From the human T2T-CHM13v2.0 reference genome, Homo sapiens, in assembly GCF_009914755.1 (NCBI RefSeq), contig NC_060931.1: a stretch of 64,000 nt of DNA, one strand, 5' to 3'. Shown one piece after another: positions 19,225 through 35,940 of the stretch. Each line of letters starts with the position of its first letter. The stretch's first letter is position 1. The translations under genes and the position numbers were made by a program. The notes below the pieces were generated by a model. That model was not told the origin of the DNA. It did not search any database and was given only the letters and a program-made list of their open reading frames with translations.

Positions 19225-19680
19225 CAAATGACCCATTCAAAACAGTTCAGTTGAAAAGAGTTTATCAAAGGAATGACTTAACACGGTGTGGCCACAGTAA
19301 GGGAATCAACAAGGAATGGTGAAGCACCCAGTAACTAGCAACAGTGGGAAGCCATTGCCACCCTTAGACCTGCGGAGGCAAAGGGAGGGCACATGGTTAT
19401 CAGGCTCGTGAAACTGGAATTCATAGAGGAGGAACCACCTACAGGTGCTGTGTCTCTAGAGAAAAACAGCCACTGTCAGCACAGAGGCAAGGTTGAGACA
19501 AAGCTGGGGGAATCAGCTGAGTTCTTCCTGCTGCTGCTCTGACCTGTTAGTAGTGCTCACGGTTGCCCAGTCATAAGCCAAAGGACAAGAAAGCCTGGGT
19601 GATGCAATCTGGAGAGCTTGACCTCCTGGGGCACAGAAGGTGTTGCGGGGTTGTGGGAATGGTAGTATAACCAGCACACT
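19225..19680. mobile_element. LTR33-like ERVL LTR
   Basis: gggaatcaacaaggaatggtgaagcaccc...ctagcaacagtgggaagcc. Confidence 0.6.
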
Positions 19681-19932
19681 AGCTAAGATTTTATTAATGT
19701 GACAAGACAAGAAAAAGATCTCTGATGCGCAAGAACTGAATGGAGAGTTCAGATCATGTTCTTAGATGGGAAGATTGAATAGTATAAATATCTTGGTTCT
19801 TGCCACATGAATGTGTCTACTTAATTCCAACAGTCTAATGGAATTACGGAGGGAGTAGGGGTGATGGTGGGGTAACATTGTTAAAATGATTCTAAGTTCA
19901 ATCAGGCAAGAATAACAAGAAAAAAAAATTCG

Positions 19933-20230
<298 letters not shown>

Positions 20231-20799
20231 TTCTGATTTCACTGCGTAATTTTAAAAATAATATTTTAATTTTGTTTTGAACTAAATATTTTAAAATTAT
20301 TTGTGTTCATAAATTATTTAGAATTGTTTTTAAGGGTTTTCTAAGTTACATTTTTGTTACTCCTTTCTGACTTAAATATAATATAGTTAAAGAATATTAT
20401 CTAAATGATACTAATTCTGTAAAATGTTGTTGAAGCTTAATGATCTAAGACGGGTCAGTTTTTGTGAATCTTACTGTGTGTGTGTTCCTGAGAAGGATGT
20501 GTATTCACTAATTAATGGGTGCTGGGTTTTATTGGTAGGCCAGAAGTCAAACTTGACAGTTATGTAGCCCTTAATTCATGCTAATGTTTTGTATCATTGG
20601 TCTGTAAATAACTGAAAGAGCTGTGTTGAAATCTTCCACTTTGTGGATAGATTTGTTCATTTCTCTCTAAAGTTGTCAAATTTTGCTTTATTTTGAGGCT
20701 ATTTTTTGAGAGCTTACAAATTTAGATTCATTAGCATTTTCTAGCAAATTGAACATTTTATTGTAACATACGGACTATCACTAAAAATGCTTTTTGTCT

Positions 20800-20915
20800 T
20801 ACAGAGTAGAATTGCTAAATAAAATACAGGATGCTCAATTAAATTTGAATTTCAGATAAATGTTGAGTACTTTTTTAGTATAAGTATGTTCTACATATTG
20901 CAAAAATTATTCATT
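20800..20915. mobile_element. MER53 (hAT) fragment
   Basis: ataaaatacaggatgctcaattaaatttgaatttcagataa. Confidence 0.7.
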
Positions 20916-20919
20916 TTTC

Positions 20920-21193
20920 ACAGGAACAGAAAACCAGATACCACGTGTTCTCACTTATAAGGGGGCACTAAATGATGAGAACACATGGACACATGGCGGA
21001 GAACAAGACACTGGGGTGTACTGGAGGGTGGAGGGTGGAGGAGGGAGAGGATCAGGAAACATAACTAATGGGTACTAGGCTTAATACCTGGGTGATGAAA
21101 TAATCTGTACAGCAAACCCCCATGACATGAGTTTACCTATAGAACAAAACTGTACATGTTCCCCTGAACTTAAAATAAAAGTTAACAAAAAAA
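20920..21193 (+). mobile_element. L1PA (older, ~PA13-16) 3' end
   Basis: tgttctcacttataag...aatacctgggtgatgaaataatctgtac...aaaataaaagtt. Confidence 0.88.
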
Positions 21194-21980
21194 GTCTGGC
21201 ATGGAAAGACATAAACATGCGTGGAGCTGGTTGTCTCTGATCTTGCACCACTTGTGATAAAGTTGTTTGTAGTATTTAATGAATGTGTTCAAAAATCTGT
21301 ATCTTTAGTTATATGTACTTCTTGGTCCTAATATTACTGATTTGTGCTACCTATACAGTTTTGGTGGGGGGTTTGCTTATTTGGGGGATAACCTTACTAC
21401 TGGTTTGTCTCTCTTATTAGTCTTTTCAAGTAATACTTTCTTTGGCTGTATTCTGTTGCTCCTTTTCTAGCTTGTTTAATTGAACATTTAATTAAATATT
21501 CATCATTCCTTTTGAAAAAATTGTTGTTTATCTGACATTCAAATTTAACTAGGCATCCTATGTTTTGTTTGTTTTTGCTAAATTTGGGAGCCTATTTAAA
21601 AACTATTTTGTTTGATACTAATATAGCTATCCCCAATATTTTTTGGTTATAATTTCCCTAGTATATCGTTTTTATAAATTTCATTCTTTGAGTCTTTGTG
21701 TTTTAATGTTTTTTTTTTAATATCCTATAGTCAGAATTGTTAGTCTAATCTTACCTATGTTGTTTTTCTAGGAAGTGTAGGGCTTTTTTATTGGGATTGC
21801 AGACCTATTGTCCCTTTTTTAAAACTATATTTTCAAATGCTTTTTATTTTTCCCACTTGTTTTGTGCTTTTGTGGACTGTTTTCTTTTTGCATGATTTTA
21901 AAAAAATTCCATGTTCTCTTACTATTATTTTAGACATTACACATATTTATTATTTTGTTAACCTTTAAATATTACTGTCA

Positions 21981-22282
21981 GGCCAGGCACGGTGGCTCAT
22001 GCCTGTAATCCCATCACTTTGGGAGGCCAAAGCGGGTGGATCACCTGAGGTCAGGTGTTCCAGACCAGCCTGGCCAACATGGCGAAACCCCGTCTCTACT
22101 AAAAATATAAAAATTAGCCAGGCGGGGTGGCAAGCGCCTATAATCACAGCTACTGAGAAGGCTGAGTCAGGAGAATCGCTTGAACCTGGAGGCAGAGGTT
22201 ACAGCGAGCCGAGATCATGCCATTGTACTCGAGCCTCGGCGACAGAGCAAGACTCTTTCTCAAAAATAAATAAATAAATAAA
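21981..22282 (+). mobile_element. AluS
   Basis: Dimer, (TAAA)n tail, TSD atattactgt. Confidence 0.93.
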
Positions 22283-22416
22283 TATATATTACTGTTCAAA
22301 CTCTACTTGATAAAGTTATTTAATATTTTTAAATCCCCACACAAACATCCTAACTCTGATAACTACCCTTTTAATGCTTATGCTATTACTGTTGAATATT
22401 TAAGTTCTTTTTTTAA

Positions 22417-22867
<451 letters not shown>

Positions 22868-22899
22868 TAGAAGTTTTTTTGGTAAAGGTAAATTGATGG

Positions 22900-23480
22900 T
22901 AGACTCAGACTTTGCATATTTGGGAATATTTTTACTTCACTCTAATTCTTGAAATGTTGTTTTGTTGAATAGACTAGGTTTATAGTAATCTTCCATCAGC
23001 ACTTTGAAGATATTTTAACATTTTCTGGGCCCTAGTTTTGCAATTGAGAAGTTACTATCAGCGTAGTTGCTATTTCTTTGTGGGTGACTTTACTCTCTGA
23101 TTTTTAAGGTCTTCTTTATATAACTGTATTTTCCAATTTTACTACAATATAGCTAACTGTGGCTTTTCTCATTTATTTGTTTTGTTTTGTATATTTATAT
23201 GATTTCCTGTATTTTATCAGTTCTATAAAATTCTCGACCATTTTTCTTTGAATATTTCTTCTTCTCCGTTCTCTCCATTTTGTCCTTTGAACTCCAGTTA
23301 TTTGAATATTAAAATGTTGCATTCTGTCCTCCAGATAGTTTAACAACTCTTTCATGTTTTCTGCCTTCTTACCTCTATCTGCTAGATAATTTCTTTAGAT
23401 CAATTGTCTGATTCACTCATTCTTTCTTCATCTGTTTCATTTGCTCTTTAACGTGTCCAGTATATTTTAATTAAAAATAT
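22900..23480 (-). mobile_element. Old L1 ORF1 remnant
   Basis: ORF 23173-23355 LEDRMQHFNIQITGV...MVENFIEL resembles L1 ORF1p. Confidence 0.7.
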
Positions 23481-24283
23481 ATATGTTGGGTTATTTTTAG
23501 CCTGCCTGCTACTTTAAAAAAATACTCTTTTGTTCCTTTTAAAACATCAAAAGTTGATCTGAAGTGTTTCAGCAGTTGAACTCCTAGGTCTTCATTGTCA
23601 GCCTGCTGTACTTGTTTTCTTCAAGAAGATAGATATCTCTAAATGTTGTCATATCCTTTTTTGTTATTGAATCAAAGTAGCTGAATTTGATAGAAGTTCA
23701 GTGTTGCATTGTCCAGATACACAGTTTTGAGGTTTGAAAGCTTGAATAAGTGCCAGTGGACTTCATGCAAATGCTTTATATATTTTTCACCTAATATATT
23801 TTGAATTTCAACAAGTAACACATTCTCTTAAATACTGACTTGATAGGCAAGTGAGCATAGCAAGCTTCATCTTTTAGTGAAAGTCCATTGATCCTGTTTC
23901 GTAATTGGATGAAGAGTGTCCAAACTATTGCCAGTAGCTTTCTGTTTTCCCATCATTTTTCAACCCAGAAATATTTATTTTTCTTTCCAGGGAGGCATTA
24001 GCAGTACCCTGGAAGCTCCCCTCCTACCCCTCCAAATTATTCCCTCCTCCTCTTTACTTTTCTCCAAAGATAATCTCTGTCCTGAATCAAAAATCGTCCC
24101 CGCTTCCTGGTAGCACCCGATCTGGAAGAAACCCAAAATCACCTAACCAAAACCTGAATCATATAATAGTCTTTTCTAATACTCTTTTACTGAGACATTC
24201 CACAATTCCCAATTATATGTGTTATTCCTTGCTGAAATGAATAATGAACCCAACATGTGCAACTACAGCTATGTTCCTGGTAA

Positions 24284-25001
<718 letters not shown>

Positions 25002-25149
25002 TTGTTCATTTTTGTTATTTAATATTATGCTATAATTACATAACTATTTGGAACTTTTTGACTCTGTTTTAATGTTGATACACAGTATCTTTGTACATAT
25101 CATTTGGTGAACATGAATAATGCATTTTTGTTGGGAGTATGCCTGGGAG

Positions 25150-25705
25150 TTATATTGGGAGTTCCCAAGACCACTCATAGTAATCAGAAGTTATGATTAT
25201 GATTATAGTTGATTACAGCAAAAGGATATGAAGTAAAAGTCAAGAAAGGGAAAAGGCACATGGGCAAAGTCTGGAAGGAACCAGCTGCTCACTTTCCAAT
25301 GTGCCCTCTCAGTGGAGTCAGACAGGACATGTTTCATTTCCCCAGCAACATGTGTGACAACACACACAAAATGTTTCCAATCAAGGAAGCTCACCTGAGC
25401 TTTTGTGTCCAGAGTTTTTATTAGGGGTCAGTCATGACATAGGCATTTGGTATTACCTGCACAACTGACTTCAGGGTCAGGCTCCAGATCCCCAGAGAAA
25501 AAGCAGGTGTCAACCATAAATCACATTGTTAGCATAAACTATCTGGTTAAACCAGTACAGCATGGCCCAAGGCCTCAGACACATGAAACATTTCTTATCA
25601 GACATAAGATTCTATGATAGGAGGCAGCCAATAGCCAGTCCTGAAAACAGGCCTGTCTTGGGAATGTGCAACCAGGCCTGCTGAGTTAATAAACTTTTCC
25701 AGCAG
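25150..25705 (-). mobile_element. MER77/MER21-group LTR
   Basis: gagttcccaagaccac...tcacattgttagcataaactatctgg...cctgctgagttaa. Confidence 0.7.
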
Positions 25706-25739
25706 AGATTGAAAAGGATGGGTCAAAGGATATCTGTAG

Positions 25740-27300
25740 GTACAAATTTGAGAGATAGTGCCAAAGAGTTTTTCAAAGTGATTATACCTGTTTACTCTCT
25801 AACCAGCAGATGTGTAAGAACTTCAGTTCTTCTACTTTGCCAATACCTTGTACAGTTTAATCTTCTAAAATTGTAATTTTCTTCCTCGTGTCTATTGATA
25901 TCTCATTTTGGTTTACATTTTTATTTCCTTAGTAACTGAGACTGAGCACCTTTTCATATGTCATTGACCAGTAGCCTATGTTGTGAAGTGCCAGTTCAGG
26001 TTCTTTGCCTGGTTTTCTTTTGAATCATTTGCTTTTTTCTCATTGATTTTTAGGAATTATTTACATGTTTTGATATGTACACTTCATGTGTGTTTCAAAT
26101 AACTTCTCCCATCTATCTGCCTTGCCTTTTCTCTCTCTTAAGGCTGTCTTTTGAAAAATAGAAGTTAATTTTAATGTCTAATTTTGTGATCTTTTTCTTT
26201 ACTGCTTTTGGCATACCATTTAATAAATCTTTTTTCCAATTCAAGTCCTTGGATATATCCTCCTATGTTATCTAATGAAAAGTTTATTGCTTTACCTTTC
26301 TCTTTTAGATCTGTAACCTGCCTGGAATTGATTTCTTTTCATTGTGGTAAGAAACACATGACATAAAATACTCTCTTAAAGATTTACAACTGTACATCTC
26401 AGTAGTGTTAAACATATTTACAGTGTTGTAAAACAGATTCAGAAACTTTTTATCTTGAAAAACGGAAAACTTTATACTCATTAAACAATAACTCTCCATT
26501 CTTCTTCTCCCCACTCCCCTCCTTGCTGCTCCTGGCAGTCCCTATTTTACTTTTGTCTCGATTTAAGTACCTCATGTGGCATCAAATAGTATTTGTCTCT
26601 TTGTGACTGGCTTGTTTGAGTTAGCATAATGTCCTCAAGTTTCATCCATGTTACAGGATGTGACAGGACTTCCTTTTTAAGGCTGCATAGTATTTCATTG
26701 TATGTCTGTACCACATTTTGTTCATCCATTCATCTGTTGATCAATTTGGGTTGCTTCCATTTCTTGGCTATTGTGAATAGTGCTGCAGTGAACATGATGT
26801 GCAGATATCTCTTTGAGTTCTTGCTTTCAGTTATTTTGTGTATACTCAGAAGTGGAATTGCTGAATTATATGGGAGTTCTATTTTTTATTTTTTCAGGAA
26901 GCTGCCGTACTGTTACTCCATAGCAGCTGCACTATTTTACATCCCTTCCAGTAGTGCACAAAGGTTCCAGTGGTGCACAAAGGTTCCAGTTTTCCACAGC
27001 TCACCAACACTTGTTATTTTTTTTATTTTTTTATTTTTTATTTTTTTAAATAGTAGCCATTCTAATGGATATGAATGGTAACTCATTATGGTTTTGATTT
27101 GCATTTCTCTGATGATTAGTGATGTTGAGCATCTTTTCATATGCTTGTTGTCTATTTATGTATCATCTTTGGGAAGAAATACTTTGTTCATTTTTAATTG
27201 GATTTTTTGATTTTTTGCTGTGAATTGTAGAAGTTCTTTATGTAATTCTGAATATTAACCCCATAGCAGATACATGACTTGCAAAATTGTGTTTCTTTAG
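25740..27300 (-). mobile_element. L1M (MB/ME) 3' regions
   Basis: Minus-strand [17 protein letters not shown] (ORF2 C-terminus) plus L1 3'UTR. Confidence 0.85.
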
Positions 27301-27669
27301 AGTTGATTTCTTTAACTTTATTTTGATTCTTTAATTGGGCCATCTATCCAGACCAGGCTGGTCTCGGACTCCTGAGCTCAGGCAATCAACCCGTATCAGC
27401 CTTCCAAAGTGCTGGGATTACAGGCGTGAGCCACCCTGCCTGGCCGCTGTGGATTTTTAAATAAACGTCCTTTATCATGTTAAAGAAGCTTTCTTCTGTT
27501 CTTAGTTTACTAAGTGTTTTGTTATGAAGTGATGTTGAGTTTTGCCCAGTGTTTTTTTCTGTGTGTATTGAGATGATGTGTTTTTCTTTATATTTTATTA
27601 TTATGTATTACACTGGATGATTATCTTACATTGAACCACCCTAGCATTCCTGAGATAAATCCAAATTGG

Positions 27670-28400
27670 GCTGCATCGAAACTAAAAACTTTTGTATTAC
27701 AAATGTTATGAAGAAAGTGAAAAGACAACCCACAGATGCTATCTAGAGATTGGTATCCAGATTATATAAAGAATTCTTGCAAGTCAAATAATAAAAATTT
27801 ACATCACCCAATTAGTAGTTTAAGTCAGCCAGAGTTGGTTCCTCTTGAATCACCCAATTTGTGGTGAATTGAAACTATAATCAGATACTACTTCACACCC
27901 ACCGGGATGCTTATAATAAAAAATACATGGGAAATAGTACAGTAGTTCCTCAAAAAATTATAGAATTACCATTTGATCCAGCAGTTCCACTTCTGTGTAT
28001 ATATACAAAAGAGGTCAAAGCAGGGATACAGATATTTGTGCACCAGTGTTCATAGCAGCACTATTCACAACAGTCAGAAGGTGGAAACAACCTAAATGTC
28101 CATCTACAGATGAATGGGTAAACAAAATGTGGTAAAGATGGATCAATAGATCACAAAGGAATATTATTCAGCCTTAAAAAGGAATGAAATTCTGATACAT
28201 GCTACAATAAGGATGAAACTTCAAGACACTGTGCTGGGTGAAATAAGCCAGACACAAAAGGACAAATGTTGTATAATTTGACTTATGGGGTACATAGAAT
28301 AGGTCAATTCATAGAGATAGAAAGTAGAATGGAGGTTATCAGGGGTGGGGTATGATTTCATTCCTGTAAAGTTCAGAGTTACTCTTATTGGAGGAAAGGA
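27670..28400 (+). mobile_element. L1M 3' fragment
   Basis: gaattaccatttgatccagcag...aaaaaggaatgaaattctgatacatgctacaa. Confidence 0.85.
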
Positions 28401-28628
28401 TACATTATGACTAGAAGGAGGGACAAGGAAGGCCACTGGGTCATCTTCTATTTCTCAATCTGTGTTTACTCCATAGAATTTGATTGAGCTGTTTAGCTGT
28501 GGTTTGCACATTTTCCTTTACGTATAAACTTTTTACATATATACTTTTATTAAAATCTACTTAAAATGGGAAAAAAAAAGATATCTAGATTTCAGCTTTT
28601 AAATGCTGGTGCAATGATAGCCATTTTC

Positions 28629-28925
28629 GGCTGGGTGCAGTGGCTCACACCTGTAATCCCAGCACTTTGGGAGGCTGAGGCAGCTGGATCACCTGAGGTC
28701 AGGAGTTCAAGACCAGCCTGGCTAACATGGTGAAACTTTGTCTCTACTAAAAATTAGCCAAACCTGGTGGTGGGTTCCTGTAATCCCAGCTACTCGGGAG
28801 GCTGAGGAAGGAGAATTGCTTGAACTCGGGAGGCAGAGGTTTTGCAGTGATCCAAGACTGTGCCACTGCACTCCAGCCTGGGTGACAGAGTAAGACTCTG
28901 TCTCAAAAAAAAAAAAAAAAAAAAC
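28629..28925 (+). mobile_element. AluS
   Basis: Dimer. Confidence 0.93.
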
Positions 28926-29083
28926 AAGACAAAACACTCATATCTGAAATGTGGTTTACATAGAATGTTCTTCCAGGCAAAAAAAACAAGATTAAAATTA
29001 CTGGTTTTGAAAATGTATTCTGTTCTTTCTTATATCAAAGTCTTGATGTTGGTGGCTAGAGAGAACTTCTTAGGTTTTCTACC

Positions 29084-29458
29084 TGTATTAGTCCGTTTTC
29101 ATACTGCTATAAAGAACTGCCCAAGACGGGGTAATTTATAAAGGAAAGAGGTTTAATTGACTCATAGTTCAGCATGGCTGGGGAGGCCTCAGGAAACTTA
29201 AAATCATAGTAGAAGGTCAAGAGGAAGCAAGGCACTTTCTTCACAAGTCACAAAGGAGAAGTGCTAAGTGAAGGATGAAGAGCCCCATATAAAACCATCA
29301 CATCTCGTGAGAACTCACTCACTATCACGAGGACAGCATGGGGGAACCTCTGCCGTGATTCAGTGACTTCCACCTGGTCTCTCCCTTGACACGTGGGGAT
29401 TATGGGGATTATAATTCAAGAGGAGATTTGGATGGGGACACAAAGCCTAACCATATCA
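29084..29458 (-). mobile_element. THE1 (THE1D-like) solo LTR
   Basis: TG...CA ends; perfect 5-bp TSD ctacc; tgtattagtccgttttcatactgct...aaccatatca. Confidence 0.92.
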
Positions 29459-29569
29459 CTACCATTTTTCTTTTCTTTTTTTTTCATGCCTGGATTTTTT
29501 CGTTGTTCCCTCATGAACATTTTAAAGTGTAATTAAGCAAAAGAGAATACTATACAATGGTTTTTAACA

Positions 29570-30027
29570 ATTTTTTTAAGTTTCCCCCCTCCCCCCAAGA
29601 CAGGGTTTCCCAATGTTGCCTAGGCTGGTCTCGAACTCCTGGCCTCAAGTGATTCTCCCACCTCACCCTCTTAAGTAGCTGGGACTACAGACATGTGCCA
29701 CTGTGCCCAGCTGCCTATACAGTGTTTTTATTTTATTTTATTTTTTTAAGATGGAGTCTTGCTTTGTCACCCAGGCTGGAGTGCAGTGGCATTATCTTGG
29801 CTTACCGCAACCTGTGCCTCCCGGATTCAAATGATTCTCCTGCCTAAGCCTCCCAAGTAGCTGGGATTACAGGCACCCGCCTCCATGCCTGGCTAATTTT
29901 TGTATTTTTAGTAGAGACAGGGTTTCACCATGTTGGCCAGGCTGGTCTCGAACTCCTGAGCTCGTGATCTGCCCGCCTTGGCCTCCCAAATTGCTGGGGT
30001 TACAGGCGTGAGCCACCATGCCTGGCC
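29570..30027 (-). mobile_element. Alu monomer followed by AluS
   Basis: Two antisense Alus (~29570-29711 and ~29725-30027). Confidence 0.9.
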
Positions 30028-31536
30028 TTTAATTTTTTTAAAAAGTAAAACTTCTTTAATTTTCTTCTCGCAAGAATTGAATAGAATGATAGAATGAATG
30101 CCAGTATTTTATAATGTTGTATCCAGCAGGTTGCAATCAGGGAGGCTCCAACAGAGTCACTTTTTCTGTCTTTTTATGTTCAATCTATGCTGTAAATTGG
30201 TTTCAGAAACTTCTGTGAGTCTATCAACTGTAAAAATGGAGATGACTATGAAAGGATCTTACGCTTTTATTCTTCTTTGATCCACATGTCTGTTTGTTCC
30301 TCCATCTAGAATATAAAGATGATTAAGACTCTACCTGTCTCCTTTAAGTCCAGTGAAGAAGATAGATTTACAATTAATGGTAATTCAGTATAACTGCCGT
30401 AAGAACAGGGCATTCAGAATGCCCTGTGAGCTCAGAGATGGCGCTACTGTATTCTCATGTTTAAAGGATAAGTAAAAGTTCCCCAGTTTGAGAAAAGAGG
30501 GGAAAAGGACTCCAGTGAAAGGAAATTGATGAAATTACTGTTGACTTTACTTGTATATATTAACTGTCTTTCAGTGTCTCTGAAAACTTGATTTGGGACT
30601 ATTTCCTTTGAACAGAAATAATAGCATTCCTGCCTGATAAATGTCCTGTGGTCAAATAATATGATTTCCTAATCATTCTGCACACTAAACTTCCCCCCAC
30701 CAGGAAATCAATGCCTTAATGCTAAATTTCCTCTGTACTACTTTCTGTAAGAGTAAGAGGTTCCTATTTCACAGTCACGACACATTCCCAACTCAATTCA
30801 CATTCCAATCCATCTTGTCCAACTTCATTGAAAGTTGATACACTGAACCATTTCCTTTACTTAAAAGAAATAGAATTCTTCCTAAATTCTATCTACTGTT
30901 GGAATAGAAAGAATATCATGCTTCTAGACTGACTAATTTTTTTTCTTCTTGATATAAGTATTGACAACATTTATTCATTTGTTTCTAGGCAGCACAAGAC
31001 TGTTGAACTTTCCTAGAACTGAGTCTGAGATTTGCAAAGCTGCCAAAATATTTTGAAACAAATGAAAATATGTAAACATGAATGTTATCAGCTGTTTTAC
31101 AGTATTTGTGTTTTAGAGATAATGAGCATCTGGTGGACCACAGGAGCCCAGGGGGATTTCAAACTCCAGATTCCTTTTTGTGTAATCATATCTGGCTGGA
31201 GTTATTTGTTTTCTCTGCATGTGAAACTATCAAGTCATAATTCTTCAAAGGGGAATGTTTATTGCATTATTTAAAAATAATAAATTATATTACTAAATAA
31301 ATAACAGCAGGCCAGGCATAAACCAATGATGAAAGTTTGTCAGAAACTAAGGCTTCTGATTAATTCTGTGCTCTGGACTATAATTGGAAGGAAGGATTAT
31401 ATTAGAGTTTACAATGAGTTTACAGAAAGAAAGGAGAGGGATAAATTATATTTAGTTCACAGTAAATCTGAATTCAGAACCCCTGGTTGTAAGACTAGTC
31501 TTTTAACCTTTAGAGTTAAAAAATGTATATGTACAG

Positions 31537-31850
31537 CTGGGTGCAGTGGTTCACGCCTGTAATCCTAGCACTTTGGGAGGCCAAGGTGGGTGGATCGCTT
31601 GAACCCAGGAGTTTGAGACCAGGATGGGCAAAATGGCAAAACCCTGACTCTATAAAAAATACAAAAATTAGCTAGGTGTGGTGGCAGGTGCCCATAGTCC
31701 TAGCTACTCAGGAGGCTGAGGTGGGAGGATCCCTTGAGTCTGGGAGGTCAAAGCTGCAGTGAGCCGTGATTGTGCTACTGTACTCCAGCCTGGGTGACAG
31801 AGAAAGACCCTGTCTTAAAAAAAAAAAAAAGTGCGTGTGTGTGTGTGTAT
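31537..31850 (+). mobile_element. AluJ with (TG)n after the tail
   Basis: gaggtcaaagctgcagtgagccgtgattg. Confidence 0.9.
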
Positions 31851-31988
31851 GTACGTTGAAGAAAACTATGAGAAAAAGCAAAAATGTAGAATCCATAATG
31901 CATAATGTTGTGTTAAGCACATAGTTTAGTCATTGGTACATATTTCTGGAGATGGTCTAAAGATCTATTTTTTAAAAACTGATTTTAG

Positions 31989-33305
<1,317 letters not shown>

Positions 33306-33809
33306 CCACAAATGACATATTCCTTATAATCTACTACAGTGAGCTTTGCATGGTTAATATATTTGTTGTGTTGAAACTATCTTCCTGATTTTTTCCAATT
33401 TTTTATAGAGAAACCTGGAAAGAATAGTACCATAAATACCTATATACCCTAACAGAGAATTATTGTTAAAATTTTGCCATATTTGCTTTATCTTCTCTGT
33501 GCATATGTATACTCACATGGCTTTTTTTTTATTGGTATTAGTTGAAAGTTGCAGATATTATGCTTCCTCAGCGCATATCCCTAAGAATAAAAGCATTTTC
33601 CTCGACAACTGATTATGTTAAAATTTGAAGACGTGTATGAGGTTTTTGTTTGTGAGGGCTATATGACTGGCGTTTCTCCAGTATATGACACTTTGTTCAT
33701 CCCTATGTTCCTCTTTATAAACTGCAGAAATTCTAAATATAATGCATTAGTTGTCTATTGCTTGCAAGTAGTAGACTGAATGATGGCTCCATAAAGATGT
33801 CCACTTCCA

Positions 33810-34205
33810 TTAGATAAAGAAAATGTGTACATATACACCATGAAATATTGCACAGCCATAACAAAGAGCGAAATCATGTTCTTTGCAGCAGTTTGGATGG
33901 CGCTTGAGGCCATTATCCTAAGTGAATTAATGCAGAAACAGAAAACCAAGTACCTCATGTTCTCACTTGTAAGTGAGAGGTAAACACTGGGTACAAATGG
34001 ACATAAAGATGGGGACAGTAGACACTGGGAATACAAGAGGGCAGAAGAGGGAAGGAAAAATAAGGGTTGAAAAACTACCTATTGGGTACTGTGCTCACTA
34101 CCTGGGTGACAGGTTCAATCATATCCCAAACTTCAGCATCACACACTATACCCCTGTAACAAACCTGCACATGTACCCCCTGAATCTAAATAAAAGTTGG
34201 AAAAA
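33810..34205 (+). mobile_element. L1PA16/L1PB-like 3' end
   Basis: gaggccattatcctaagtgaattaa...gggttgaaaaactacctattgggtac. Confidence 0.88.
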
Positions 34206-34224
34206 CAAATCAACCCAGATGGCC

Positions 34225-35450
34225 ATTTCCTAATCCCTGGGGTCTGTGAATATGTTACCTTATCTGGCAAAAGGAACTTTACAGATGGAATTAAGGAATT
34301 TTAGATGAGGAGATTACCGATCATCTGGTGGGCCTAAAGTAATCACCAGGGTCCTCATAAAGGAGAGGCAAGGGAGTTGAAGGTAGAGAAGGGGCTCTGA
34401 AGATGGGAAGCAGAATAAGTGTAGGAAATGTGAGCTTGCCACACTGCTAGTGTTGAAGATGGTGAGGCTAAGAATTTTCACATCCACTTTCAAAACCATT
34501 GTGTCCTGGCTCCTTTTAAACCATCTTTCCCTCAATTTCTCTGTCCTCTTACATCTTATTGTAAACACCAAGAAGAAACCTGGCAGTTAACTTTGCTTGG
34601 AAATCTTTTTAGCTAGACCATCTAATTCATTCGGCACATTTTCTACCTTCCACATCACTGTAAAATTGGGTTGCTAAACTTTCCACAACTACCTAACAGA
34701 GATCCCTTGCCTCCAGTTTCTACTCAGATGTTCCTCACATTCCTTAAAACTCACAGTCCACCTCCTAACAATCTAAAATCTACCAACTATCAATTCCTGG
34801 CAATTTAGGCTTTACTGCTCCTCTCCTGAAAGGCCTTAAAGTATTAGAACTGGGCCCTATTATTAGAACCTATTTCCCAGTTCTAATATTCCTCCCACAT
34901 TTTTGGTATGTGTGACAATGGAACTTTACTCCTGATACCAAAATCTGTATGATTTATATATGAAGCATAACAAATTATTCTAAAACGTATTAATGGCTTA
35001 AATCAACAAACGTGTTGTCTCATAGGTTCTGTGGTTCAGGAATCCAGGCAAAGCTACCTAGATGCTTCTAGCTCAGGATCTTTCATGAAGTTGCAGTCAA
35101 GCTGTCAGCTGGGCTGCAGTCATCCAAGGCTCAGCTGGGAGAGGATCTGCCTTCAAGCTCTCTCATGTGACTGTTGGCAGGCCTCAGGTTTTCACTGGCT
35201 GTTGGCTGGAGATGCCAGTTATTTGCCACATGAGCCTCTGTCTACGGCAGTTGACAACATGCAGCTGGCCTACCTCAGAGCAAGCAACCAAGCAAGAGAG
35301 CAAGATAGAGTGCTCAAGACAAAAGATAACAGACTTTTTGTAACTTAATCTCAGAAGTAACATCCCATCACTTTTGCCAAATTCTGGTTGTTAGAAGCCA
35401 GTCACTAGATCTGTCCCACACTTGAAGAGGGTTAAACAAGGTCATGTTCT
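34225..35450. mobile_element. MLT1 (MaLR) LTR/internal fragments
   Basis: tgtgaatatgttacctt...gggcctaaagtaatcac; cataacaaattattctaaaac...ggttcaggaatccagg. Confidence 0.6.
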
Positions 35451-35940
35451 TCATAAGATTAATCCAAGTACAGAATTGGCTTAATAACATTTCTGACGAT
35501 TTTTCCTATAACTTGTAAAACCTTGGCTATCTGAAACCCTTGGGAAGTGAATCATCCTTAAAAGCTAAGTTTCTGGATAGATTTTTACCATGAAGGGACC
35601 AAATCTTAATAATTTGGAGTAGAATCACTTCTGCATTTGATCACATATTTCTTGCCTTTTAAAATAAATTACTGATCATTATTTGAAATTTTATTTCATC
35701 AAAAGAAAATTAGCAATTGTGTGTTATAAAAAGAAGGTGTCTGTCTTCTCCTTATGTAGGGTATAGAACTGTTCATCTCTTTACTAAAAACTTAAGGCTT
35801 CTGTCTGCCTTTTATAATTTCTGTTTCTTTCTTTGTTTCATTTGTTACCTCTTAGTTATCAGTACTTGCCCATTGCCTTCCTGTTTACTGTATCTAGTAA
35901 GTTGCTGCAAAAGTAATTGTGATTTTTGTATTAAAACAAA

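Noticed and set aside
29174-29186. PRDM9 hotspot motif in the THE1 LTR
   Set aside because: The minus strand reads CCTCCCCAGCCAT, two mismatches from CCNCCNTNNCCNC. This is the ordinary non-hot THE1 form.
30428-30448. CTCF/YY1-like site gagatggcgcta
   Set aside because: Only the 3' half matches; a single short motif is expected by chance in 64 kb
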